This document shows positions 35,145-44,241 of a stretch of DNA of 64,000 bases, one piece after another. How positions within the stretch are numbered: the first letter of the stretch is position 1; each line of letters starts with the position of its first letter. Source of the stretch: Simkaniaceae bacterium (GTDB lineage: Bacteria; Chlamydiota; Chlamydiia; Chlamydiales; JACRBE01); the NCBI GenBank assembly GCA_022763045.1, contig JALEGI010000021.1:22813-86812 (forward strand). The letters run 5' to 3'. The position numbers and the translations under genes were made by a program. The notes below the pieces were generated by a model. It made no database searches. It was not told the origin of the DNA and was given only the letters and a program-made list of their open reading frames with translations.

Positions 35145-37007
35145 ATGGGAAAAGAAAAAATTGCCTCTATCGACAGAGGTTCCATGCGACGCATCTTAGG
35201 TGTTGCTGATCTCTTTGCAGTAGGCTATGGGGACTTAGGGTCCTCAATTTACTACGCTCTTGGAATTACCGCTATTTATGCCCTTGGCGCAACGCCGATC
35301 GCGCTTTTAATTGCAGGTTTAGTTTTTGCTTGTACCGCCCTGACTTATGCTGAAATGTCGTCAGTTGTCAGGGAATCTGGCGGCTCTGCTTTATATACAA
35401 GACACGCTTTTAATGATTTTATGTCCTTTATTGCAGGATGGGCTCTGCTGCTAGACTTTATTGTTACGATTGCAATCTCATCATATTCCGTTGCACCCTA
35501 TCTCTCTTATTTTTTCGCCGATTTAAAACTGATTCCTGTAAAAATAGGGATGACAGTCTTTTTGATTTTTGCTCTTTTTGTTCTCAATACAATTGGCTCA
35601 AAATCCTCAACGCGCTTTAGCGTTGTTCTTACATTTCTCACTGTGACAACACAGCTAACAATCATTGTGATTGGAGCCGCAACCCTAGTTAACTTCGATT
35701 TCTTCACACATCTAAAAATCAATGTTCCAGGCTCTAGCTGGTCTCCAACATGGCCCCAGTTCATAAAGGGTGTCGCAATGGCAATGGTGGCCTACACGGG
35801 CATAGAATCGATGGCTCAGCTGAGCGGTGAAGCGCGTAATCCAAGTCGCACAGTACCAAAGGCCATCTTAATGGCAATGACAACGCTCCTTGTCATGTAT
35901 ATTGGAATTTCTTCAGTCGCCCTTTCAGCCGTCACACCTCAGGTTTTAAGCACACAATATCTTGAAGATCCCATTGCAGGGATTGTTGCCAATCTACCTT
36001 TTGCCTCAAATTGGTTAGGTCCTTGGGTTGGCCTTCTTGGGGCGGTGATTCTCTTAGTTGCTGCAAACGCAGGTTTGATTGGCGCATCGAGGCTCTCATT
36101 TAACATGGGCGAGTACTATCAGCTCCCACGCTTTTTCTACCGCTTGCACAAAAGATATCAAACGCCTTATGTTTCTTTATTTGTTTTTGGGCTCTTTGCC
36201 TCATTAATTGTGATATGGAGCCGCGGAAGTCTAACTTTTCTAGCAGATCTGTATAATTTCGGGGCGATGCTAGCTTTTTTCTCGGCGCATCTCTCTTTAA
36301 TTAGTCATCGCATTCGCTTTCCAGAAATGAAGCGTCCTTTCAAAATTCCCTTTAATGTCACAATTGCTGGACGTTCAATTCCAATCACTGCAATGATTGG
36401 ATGCATCGTTACATTAGCTGTCTGGGTGCTGGTGATCATCACAAAACCTGATGGTCGATATCTTGGGATCATTTGGATGGCAATCGGCCTAATCATGTTT
36501 TTTGCCTATCGCAAAAAGCAGCGGATTGGTTGGTCAAAATCTATCGAACTTGAAAAGGTTGCGATTGAAGAATTTCACAATTTCACTCTGAAGAAAATCC
36601 TTGTACCGACGCGAGGTGGGGCTGAGACAGAAGTGGTGCAAACAGCGTGTCAAATTGCTAAAATGCATGGCGCAGAAGTTACAGCTGTGAATATTTCACT
36701 CGTTCCTTTCACTTTCCCAATGCACCCTAATGTCAAGCTCGATGAGGGGCAAGGTTCGGCTGCGCTTCAAAGAGCTGAGGCAATTGGGCGCGAAATTGGA
36801 GTGCCAATCTCTCTTGAGATGATACAGTCTCGCTCGATTTCCAAAACAATTCTTGAGCTTCTCAAGGCTGGTGATTATGACTTGGTTGTTCTTGGCGCTC
36901 ACATCTCTTCAATTGATGGGCAAAGTGTCAAGCTTACAGGTGTTACCGAAGAGATTTTTCGAGACGCTGAATGCCGCGTCTGGATTTGCCGTCCTAAAAA
37001 GCATTAA
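35145..37007 (+). CDS. APC-family amino acid permease fused to a C-terminal universal stress protein (Usp) domain
   Basis: About 12 TM helices, with VGYGDLGSSIYYALG near the N-terminus. The C-terminal roughly 140 aa (ILVPTRGGAETE...AEVTAVNI...DLVVLGAH) are Usp-like. Confidence 0.85.
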   Translation: MGKEKIASIDRGSMRRILGVADLFAVGYGDLGSSIYYALGITAIYALGATPIALLIAGLVFACTALTYAEMSSVVRESGGSALYTRHAFNDFMSFIAGWALLLDFIVTIAISSYSVAPYLSYFFADLKLIPVKIGMTVFLIFALFVLNTIGSKSSTRFSVVLTFLTVTTQLTIIVIGAATLVNFDFFTHLKINVPGSSWSPTWPQFIKGVAMAMVAYTGIESMAQLSGEARNPSRTVPKAILMAMTTLLVMYIGISSVALSAVTPQVLSTQYLEDPIAGIVANLPFASNWLGPWVGLLGAVILLVAANAGLIGASRLSFNMGEYYQLPRFFYRLHKRYQTPYVSLFVFGLFASLIVIWSRGSLTFLADLYNFGAMLAFFSAHLSLISHRIRFPEMKRPFKIPFNVTIAGRSIPITAMIGCIVTLAVWVLVIITKPDGRYLGIIWMAIGLIMFFAYRKKQRIGWSKSIELEKVAIEEFHNFTLKKILVPTRGGAETEVVQTACQIAKMHGAEVTAVNISLVPFTFPMHPNVKLDEGQGSAALQRAEAIGREIGVPISLEMIQSRSISKTILELLKAGDYDLVVLGAHISSIDGQSVKLTGVTEEIFRDAECRVWICRPKKH

Positions 37008-37958
37008 CTACAGGTGACACGACACAAAGTGCTCCGGCGATTTCTCCAAAAGTCTAGGACAGGTCTCAGTACAAATGGGGTGAGCATGAACGCAGCGCGT
37101 GCTGAATGGACACCCCTTTGGAGGTGAAAGCGCTGAAGGAACCTCTCCTTCGAGAACTTTTAAAGGACCTAGAGCCTCTCCATTTTGTGGAATTTGAGGA
37201 ATTGCAGCGAGTAGAGCTTGTGTATAGGGGTGTCGAGGCTCAGAGAAAAGCGCATTTGTCGGCCCTTGCTCTACAATCTGACCCAGGTACATTACAGCAA
37301 CTTGATCACAGAGGTAGCGGACAACTGATAGATCATGAGAGATAAAAAGGTATGAAAGACCCATCTTTTTCTGAAGATCTTTAAGTAGGTTGATGATTTG
37401 AGCCTGAACAGAGACATCGAGTGCTGCAATTGATTCATCGCAAATGATCAGCTTGGGGTGAAGCGCTAGAGCTCTTGCGATACAAATGCGTTGCCTTTGC
37501 CCTCCAGATAATTCATGGGGGAAATACGATGCATGATGTTGATGAAGACCCACGAGAAATAACAATTCACGCACCCGCTCTTTCCTAGCAATTTGATCGT
37601 CCATTCCATAGATTATTAGAGGCTCTGCAATAATTTCCTCAGCTGTCATCCGCGGATTAAGTGACGCGAAGGGGTCTTGAAAGATCATTTGGATATCTCG
37701 TCGATATTCCATTAGTTCGGACTTAGTGCAATGAAGTAGATCAAATCCATTAAAATATATTGAACCTGCTGCGGGATCAATCAATCGAACAAGGGTTTTT
37801 GCAAGAGTCGATTTGCCGCAACCACTCTCTCCAACTAGACCAAAGGTTTGACCCGGTTCTATATCAAAGGAGACATCTTTCACCGCATACATTTTCCGCT
37901 TGCCGTAGGTAAAAAGTGTCGAGAGGCGAGAGACTGATAGCAAGGGGGGTCTACTCAT
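37008..37958 (-). CDS. Oligopeptide/dipeptide ABC transporter ATP-binding protein (OppF/DppF type)
   Basis: Walker A GESGCGKST, signature LSGGQRQR, Walker B LIICDESIAALD, and a C-terminal oligopeptide-type extension with Cys residues. Confidence 0.88.
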   Translation of the reverse strand: MSRPPLLSVSRLSTLFTYGKRKMYAVKDVSFDIEPGQTFGLVGESGCGKSTLAKTLVRLIDPAAGSIYFNGFDLLHCTKSELMEYRRDIQMIFQDPFASLNPRMTAEEIIAEPLIIYGMDDQIARKERVRELLFLVGLHQHHASYFPHELSGGQRQRICIARALALHPKLIICDESIAALDVSVQAQIINLLKDLQKKMGLSYLFISHDLSVVRYLCDQVAVMYLGQIVEQGPTNALFSEPRHPYTQALLAAIPQIPQNGEALGPLKVLEGEVPSALSPPKGCPFSTRCVHAHPICTETCPRLLEKSPEHFVSCHL

Positions 37959-38949
37959 TTTCAGCTCCTCGTCTTGAATCGTAGAGCCAGCAGGCGGTTT
38001 TTACCGATTCTCTCGGTGTAAAATCAGGAGGTGGCTTTGTTCCACAAATATGCATAGCGCTTGGACATCTTCGACAGAATGAACAACCTTTAATCTCATT
38101 GAGAAGGCTCGGTGGCTTGCCCTGTATCGGAGTTAATCGATCTTCTTTTGAAGCGCGCAGGCCTGGAAGAGAATCAAGGAGCGACTTAGTGTAGGGATGG
38201 GCTGCTGCAGTGAAAAGCTCTTTTCTCGAGGAGGATTCGACAATTTTGCCTGCATACATCACATGCACACGATCGCAAGTGTTTGCAACAATGCTCAAAT
38301 CGTGAGTAATTAAAATAATTGTCGTCCTTGTTTGCTGTTGGATCTCTTTTAGCAGTTCCAAAATTTGCGCTTGAACAGTGACATCTAGAGCTGTTGTTGG
38401 CTCATCAGCAATGATAATTTCAGGAGAAGGCGCTAGTGCAATTGCGATCATGACCCTTTGACGCATTCCTCCACTCAACTCATGAGGGTAGTTATAATAC
38501 CGTGATTCAGCCTCAGGGATTTTTACAAGATTTAAAAGGTGCATTGCTCGCCCTTTTGCTTCCAAACCTGTGAGCTCTGGCTGGTGCAGCCGAATTGCCT
38601 CTGTAATTTGATCGCCAATGCGCATTGTTGGATTGAGAGAAGTCATGGGGTCTTGAAAAATCATGCCAATTCTTCCCCCGCGTACTTTGCGCATCTCTTT
38701 CTCTGATAGATCGGGAAGATGTTGACCTTGAAACTTGAGTTTTTTTGCAGCTATTGTGACAGCCCTTGAGTCCAAAAGTCGCAAAATAGCTTTTGCTGTC
38801 ACACTTTTGCCACATCCCGATTCACCGACAATTGCCAAAAATTCTCCCTCATAGACTGATAGAGTCATATCGCGAATTGCATGCACCTTTCCATAGAGAG
38901 TCTTGAAGTAGACGTTGAGGTCTTCTATTGTAAGAATCTCTCGCTTCAT
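37951..38949 (-). CDS. Oligopeptide/dipeptide ABC transporter ATP-binding protein (OppD/DppD type)
   Basis: Walker A GESGCGKSV, signature LSGGMRQR, Walker B IIIADEPTTALD. Confidence 0.88.
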   Translation of the reverse strand: MKREILTIEDLNVYFKTLYGKVHAIRDMTLSVYEGEFLAIVGESGCGKSVTAKAILRLLDSRAVTIAAKKLKFQGQHLPDLSEKEMRKVRGGRIGMIFQDPMTSLNPTMRIGDQITEAIRLHQPELTGLEAKGRAMHLLNLVKIPEAESRYYNYPHELSGGMRQRVMIAIALAPSPEIIIADEPTTALDVTVQAQILELLKEIQQQTRTTIILITHDLSIVANTCDRVHVMYAGKIVESSSRKELFTAAAHPYTKSLLDSLPGLRASKEDRLTPIQGKPPSLLNEIKGCSFCRRCPSAMHICGTKPPPDFTPRESVKTACWLYDSRRGAENE

Positions 38950-39860
38950 CTCAACCTCGGATCAAAAGAATCTCTAAGTCCATCGCCTAGTAGATTGAAT
39001 GCAAGCATAGTGATGCTGATAAACCCAGCTGGAAGAAATAGCCGCCAGGGATAAAATCGCAAAGCAGAAAGGCCGTCATTTGCCATTGTTCCCCAGCTTG
39101 CAAGGGGAGCTTGCACTCCAAGTCCCAAGAAACTTAAAAATGCCTCTGTAAAAATAGCTGCGGGAATTGTTAAAGTCATCGTTGTAATGATTGAGCCAAT
39201 TGTATTTGGAATTAAGTGGTAGAGTAAAACGCGCGATTCTGAGGCCCCAATAACTTTAGCCGCCGCAATATATTCCGACTGCTTGAGCTGAACAACTTGA
39301 CCACGGATAATTCTGGCCATATTGATCCAGCCGGTAAGCGTCATCGCAATGATGATTGTAGTGATTCCCTGGCCAAGAACAACCATTAATAAGATGACAA
39401 TTACCAGTCGTGGTAGCGAGTAAAAGACATCAGCTAAGCGCATCATCCAATCTTCTACTCGACCACCCACGTATCCTGCAAAGGCTCCATAGAAAACTCC
39501 GATGATGACATCAATAGCAGCAGCAGTCACGCCAATTAATAAAGAGATTCTTGCCCCCCACCAAATTCGAATAAAAATACTCCGGCCCAGCTCGTCTGTC
39601 CCAAACCAGTGCTTGAACGAAGGAGGTTGGTTTTTCATTTTGAGGTTGGTTTCAAAATATTGCGTTGGATGGAAATAGGGGATAAGGGTTGCGGCTAAAA
39701 TAAGTAGGATAAGAAAAATGAGCGCTGCAATTGCTACGCGGTTATTTTTGAGACTTGTAAAGCTATCTTTCCAATAAGAGTGCGTTGGTTGCGTCTCTTC
39801 GTCTTCATCTTCATAAGATGCCCGTGCAATGGTGGTGAAAAGTGTGTCGACGTCATTCAT
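38946..39860 (-). CDS. Oligopeptide/dipeptide ABC transporter permease (OppC/DppC type)
   Basis: N-terminal OppC-type extension, HWFGTDELGR, and the EAA-loop region YIAAAKVIGASESRVLLYHLIPN. Confidence 0.88.
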   Translation of the reverse strand: MNDVDTLFTTIARASYEDEDEETQPTHSYWKDSFTSLKNNRVAIAALIFLILLILAATLIPYFHPTQYFETNLKMKNQPPSFKHWFGTDELGRSIFIRIWWGARISLLIGVTAAAIDVIIGVFYGAFAGYVGGRVEDWMMRLADVFYSLPRLVIVILLMVVLGQGITTIIIAMTLTGWINMARIIRGQVVQLKQSEYIAAAKVIGASESRVLLYHLIPNTIGSIITTMTLTIPAAIFTEAFLSFLGLGVQAPLASWGTMANDGLSALRFYPWRLFLPAGFISITMLAFNLLGDGLRDSFDPRLR

Positions 39861-40819
39861 TTTAAATACTCACCTTTGATCCTGGGATCGAGCCAAAAAT
39901 AGATGAGGTCTATTATAAAGATCGCAAACATTAAAAGCGCTGAATAAAACATTGTAAGGCCCATAATCACAGTGTAGTCGCGATTTGAAATGCTTGTAAC
40001 AAACCAACCACCAAGACCAGGGATGCCAAAAATTTTCTCAACTATGAAGCTGCCTGAAATAATCGCAGCGCTCAAAGGACCAATATATGAAACAACGGGC
40101 AAAAGGCTATTTTTGAATACGTGCCGACGCATCACTTGAAAGGTTGAGCACCCCTTTGCCTTTGCTGTAAGGACATAATCTTGTTGAAGGGTTTCAATCA
40201 TATTAGTTCGCGTGAGCCTTGCAATAAAAGCAGTTGGCAAAGAAGAGAGCGCAAGGCTTGGTAAAACAGCGTGAGAGAGACCGCCCCAACGAGCAATTGG
40301 GAAAAGGGGCAGCTTCATTGCCAATAGATATTGAAGAAGAGTTGCCAAGATAAAGCTTGGAATTGACATCCCGATAACCGCAAGGATCATTGCTGCATGA
40401 TCTTGCCATCTGGATTGATAGATCGAAGCAATACTACCTAGGAAAATTCCACAGGTAACAGAAATAAATAGCGCCAAGAGACCAAGGGAGAATGACACGG
40501 GAAATCCGTCATAGATAATATCATTTACTGTCCTGCCCTCATATTTGAAAGAGGGGCCTAAATCAAAAGTCACCAAACCCTTGAGATATTTGACATATTG
40601 GATGTACCATGGTTGGTCCAATCCATAATGGGTATACATACTCTTCATGATTTCTTCAGGTACGGCCTGTTCCTGAATAAAAGGATCTCCTGGAATAGTA
40701 TGCATTAGAAAGAAAGTTAAGGTAGCGACAAAGAAAAGCGATATTGCTAGAAATGCGAGTTTTCGGGAGAAATATCGAACAAATTTCATCAAGGCAATAC
40801 CAATATCACTTAAATGCAA
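39857..40819 (-). CDS. Oligopeptide/dipeptide ABC transporter permease (OppB/DppB type)
   Basis: BPD-type permease with DYVLTAKAKGCSTFQVMRRHVFKNS (EAA loop). The start is uncertain: an alternative Met11 lies at 40789. Confidence 0.88.
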   Translation of the reverse strand: MHLSDIGIALMKFVRYFSRKLAFLAISLFFVATLTFFLMHTIPGDPFIQEQAVPEEIMKSMYTHYGLDQPWYIQYVKYLKGLVTFDLGPSFKYEGRTVNDIIYDGFPVSFSLGLLALFISVTCGIFLGSIASIYQSRWQDHAAMILAVIGMSIPSFILATLLQYLLAMKLPLFPIARWGGLSHAVLPSLALSSLPTAFIARLTRTNMIETLQQDYVLTAKAKGCSTFQVMRRHVFKNSLLPVVSYIGPLSAAIISGSFIVEKIFGIPGLGGWFVTSISNRDYTVIMGLTMFYSALLMFAIFIIDLIYFWLDPRIKGEYLK

Positions 40820-40843
40820 AGATTGTAAAAAGGACCGGCGATT

Positions 40844-42229
40844 TTGTCAAAGAAGAAAAAAGAAAAAACTGTAAGAAATAATTTTAAATCAAGGCGTATT
40901 CATTTTACATCACTTGGTTGCGCCAGGAATTTAGTCGATACTGAAATAATGTTAGGCATTGTCTTAAAGGCAGGCTTTGAACTGATAGCAGAACATGAAA
41001 AGGCAGATTATTTAGTGGTTAACACCTGTGGGTTTCTTGAGTCGGCACGTCAAGAGGCAGTTGACATTCTTACAGAGTTATTTGACGAAAAAAGGAAAAG
41101 TGCAAAAGTAATTGTCACTGGATGCATGATTCAAAACCATCGACAGCTTTTAGAGAGTCAATTCCCGAAAATTCACGCAATGCTCAGCGCAGGCTCGGTA
41201 GAAAAGATCTTAGAGGCGATAAATGGAGAAGAGATTGATGAAGAGGCTCAAAGTTATATCCAAATGGGTGAGGTTCCTCGCTTCCAAACAACCCCTAATC
41301 ACTACGCTTACCTAAAAATTGCAGAGGGGTGTAGAAAGCGGTGCTCTTTTTGCATCATTCCTAAAATAAAAGGGCCACTACAGAGCAAAAGTAATGCTCA
41401 GGTTCTACGGGAATTCAAGGCGCTACTTTCATCAGGAGTTAAAGAAGTCATCTTAATCGCCCAAGACCTTGGCGACTATGGCAAAGACCGAAAAGAGCGC
41501 CAAGGGCTAGAGGCTCTTTTGAAAGAGCTCTTGAAAGTGGAAGGGGATTATTGGCTACGCCTACTCTATCTCTATCCTGATGAGATAACTGATGAGCTAA
41601 TTGCTGTTATAAAGAGCGATTCAAGACTAGTGCCCTATCTCGATATGCCGATTCAGCACATCAACAATACAGTTCTTAAAAAAATGCATCGAAAAACCAA
41701 CCGCCAACACATAATTTCAACGATTACAAAACTTAGAGAAGAGATTCCGGATATTGTTATTCGCACCTCTCTTATGGTCGGTTTTCCAGGAGAGACCGAA
41801 GAGCAATTTGAAGAGCTTGTTGAGTTTGTGAATGAGTATCGACTCGATAATGTGGGGATTTTTAGCTACTCTCGAGAAAAAGAGTCTTATTCAAATCAAA
41901 TTGATGGTCACCTGAGTAATGAGGTCAAGCAAGCGCGTTTTAAAAGACTTTCCGAGGCTCAAGCGCGAGTTGCTGCAGAAAAAAGCAATAAGCTCATTGG
42001 AAAAAAACTTGAAGTCGTTATCGAGGGGTACCATCCCGAGTCAAATCATTTAATGATTGGCCGCTACTATGGACAATGTCCAGATGTAGATGGCTCAGTT
42101 ATTATTAATGATTGCACAAAGGTCCATGCTTTTGGAGAGCGCTACCTTGTTGAGATAACCGATGCAATCGGATACGATCTCATAGGTGGCGTGAGAGAGT
42201 CTTCATCGAATGTGTTAAAAATTATTTAA
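40844..42229 (+). CDS. rimO: Ribosomal protein S12 methylthiotransferase (radical SAM MTTase)
   Basis: UPF0004 N-domain IHFTSLGCARNLVDTE...VVNTCGF, radical-SAM CRKRCSFC, and a C-terminal TRAM domain. TTG start. Confidence 0.85.
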   Translation: MSKKKKEKTVRNNFKSRRIHFTSLGCARNLVDTEIMLGIVLKAGFELIAEHEKADYLVVNTCGFLESARQEAVDILTELFDEKRKSAKVIVTGCMIQNHRQLLESQFPKIHAMLSAGSVEKILEAINGEEIDEEAQSYIQMGEVPRFQTTPNHYAYLKIAEGCRKRCSFCIIPKIKGPLQSKSNAQVLREFKALLSSGVKEVILIAQDLGDYGKDRKERQGLEALLKELLKVEGDYWLRLLYLYPDEITDELIAVIKSDSRLVPYLDMPIQHINNTVLKKMHRKTNRQHIISTITKLREEIPDIVIRTSLMVGFPGETEEQFEELVEFVNEYRLDNVGIFSYSREKESYSNQIDGHLSNEVKQARFKRLSEAQARVAAEKSNKLIGKKLEVVIEGYHPESNHLMIGRYYGQCPDVDGSVIINDCTKVHAFGERYLVEITDAIGYDLIGGVRESSSNVLKII

Positions 42230-42250
42230 ATTCTGTTTACAATAAATTTT

Positions 42251-43102
42251 TTGAATTTCTATAATATAGTCACAACCCAGAGGAGGAAGACAGTGGATGC
42301 AAGAGTCTTAGACCGTTCCGGATTGTCGACTATCGTGGGGCAAGTCGATTGCGCTAGATCTAATAATTCTTATGATTCTAGTTGCATTGAGAGGTCAGGG
42401 AAGAAAAAAAGATTAAAGAGGGAAGATGGGTGTCATTTAGATCTAAAAAGGTTCATTGCAAAGTGCCTTCCTAGATTCAAAGCAAGTACGCCACTTTATT
42501 GTGCAAATGTAAGCTTAGACAATGGAAATGAACTAAGTAGCGCCGATCTAAATAGAGTAATGGATAGTATATCAAAGATTGATTGTTATGAAAATCAAGT
42601 CAGGAGGGATGTAAAAGCAGTAAGGGATTGGAGGTTATTTCAAACCACAACTGAAGAGACAAAGGTTTTGTTAGATGGCCGAAAAGATATCATCAGACGC
42701 GTTGAAGAGATACAGGTCATCAACGGCAAAGGTGATATTGAGGCTTTCTCAGATGCAATACTAGCTGAGGGTTTACTTGGCATGGAGCTATCATGCCCTC
42801 TAGTTGGTAAAATTCTCGACGATATGGTGCTTGGAGTAAGAAAAGATCTCGCTGAGAGTGGAGCGACCCAAGTTCACACCATGCAAATATTAAAACTTGT
42901 GATCCGGCAAGTACATAAACTTGGTATTGATGTGCTTCAACCGCAAGTCGTGACATTTTTATCTAAAAGAGATCTTGAAGTTGTATTGGAACGCGGCCAT
43001 GATTACCAGCTGCCAGGTCCTCTGTATGCAAAATTTCTCGAGTTTGTTAGCAGAAGAACCGATGAAACCAGCACAACAATATCAAACGACGTTGCCACTT
43101 AA
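42251..43102 (+). CDS. Orphan hypothetical protein; the true start is probably GTG at 42293
   Basis: AGGAGGA (42281-42287) precedes an in-frame GTG at 42293, giving 269 aa. The protein contains the basic cluster GKKKRLKRE. No known domain, TM segment or signal peptide. Confidence 0.55.
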   Translation: MNFYNIVTTQRRKTVDARVLDRSGLSTIVGQVDCARSNNSYDSSCIERSGKKKRLKREDGCHLDLKRFIAKCLPRFKASTPLYCANVSLDNGNELSSADLNRVMDSISKIDCYENQVRRDVKAVRDWRLFQTTTEETKVLLDGRKDIIRRVEEIQVINGKGDIEAFSDAILAEGLLGMELSCPLVGKILDDMVLGVRKDLAESGATQVHTMQILKLVIRQVHKLGIDVLQPQVVTFLSKRDLEVVLERGHDYQLPGPLYAKFLEFVSRRTDETSTTISNDVAT

Positions 43103-43139
43103 TCTAAGATCGGCTACAAGCTGGATTAAGTAGGATACT

Positions 43140-43175
43140 GCCCGGGCTACATAGGCTAGCTCGGGCTTAGATTTT
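43140..43175 (+). terminator. Probable rho-independent terminator
   Basis: 10-bp stem, gcccgggcta (43140-43149) with tagctcgggc (43157-43166), including one G-U pair, and a 7-nt loop. It is followed by ttagatttt. Confidence 0.5.
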
Positions 43176-43185
43176 AGGAGAAGCA

Positions 43186-44241
43186 ATGTCTAAGTCAGAA
43201 ATTGAGCAAATTTTAGGTAAACTCGGCCCATCACTTCTTGAGCATAAATGCAACACAATCTCAACAGAAATGCTGCATAAACCAGGAGCTGATTGGGTAG
43301 ATAGAATCTTTTCTCAATCTGATCGCAGCATTCGCGTCCTACAAAATCTCCAAGAAATTTTTTCTCACGGTCGCCTTGCAAATACGGGGTATCTCTCCAT
43401 TTTACCCGTTGATCAAGGTATCGAACACAGCGCATGCGCATCTTTTGCACCCAATCCCATCTATTTCGATTCTGAAAATATCATCAAACTCGCCATCGAA
43501 GGGGGGTGCAATGCTGTGGCGACTACCCTTGGCGTACTTGGTTCTGTTGCACGTAAATATGCTCATAAAATTCCCTTTGTCTTGAAATTTAACCATAATG
43601 AATTTCTCTCCTACCCAAACTCCTACGATCAAATCCGTTTTGCTGGCATGAAGCAGGCCTACGAGATGGGCTGTCGCGCTGTAGGGGCGACAATCTATTT
43701 CGGCTCTGAAGGTTCAAATCACCAATTAATTGAGGTCTCTAAGGCGTTTGCTTATGCTCATGAACTGGGAATGGCGACGATTTTATGGTGTTATTTACGT
43801 AATGAGGCATTCAAGACAAAAGATGTCGATTACCACACTGCTGCTGATCTCACAGGACAAGCAAATCACCTCGGCGTCACAATTGAAGCTGATATCATTA
43901 AGCAAAAACTTGCCACTTGCAATGGCGGATACAAAGCTCTAAAGTTTGGCAAAACACACGACAAAGTCTACAGCGAGCTCTCTTCTGACCACCCGATTGA
44001 CCTTTGTAGGCTCCAAGTAGCCAATTGCTATATGGGACGTATGGGTCTCATCAACTCAGGCGGCCCTTCTGGAGATAATGATCTGCAAGATGCCGTATCA
44101 ACAGCTGTTATCAATAAGCGCGCTGGTGGAATCGGCCTGATTTCTGGTCGTAAATCTTTCCAAAAGCCGATGAAAGAGGGGGTTGAGCTCTTAAACGCTA
44201 TCCAAGATGTCTACTTATGTGATGACATTCAATTAGCTTGA
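43186..44241 (+). CDS. fbaB: Class I fructose-bisphosphate aldolase, DhnA/FbaB type
   Basis: 351 aa. [12 protein letters not shown] and the overall DhnA-family pattern, including the Schiff-base Lys region (DIIKQKL). Confidence 0.8.
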   Translation: MSKSEIEQILGKLGPSLLEHKCNTISTEMLHKPGADWVDRIFSQSDRSIRVLQNLQEIFSHGRLANTGYLSILPVDQGIEHSACASFAPNPIYFDSENIIKLAIEGGCNAVATTLGVLGSVARKYAHKIPFVLKFNHNEFLSYPNSYDQIRFAGMKQAYEMGCRAVGATIYFGSEGSNHQLIEVSKAFAYAHELGMATILWCYLRNEAFKTKDVDYHTAADLTGQANHLGVTIEADIIKQKLATCNGGYKALKFGKTHDKVYSELSSDHPIDLCRLQVANCYMGRMGLINSGGPSGDNDLQDAVSTAVINKRAGGIGLISGRKSFQKPMKEGVELLNAIQDVYLCDDIQLA

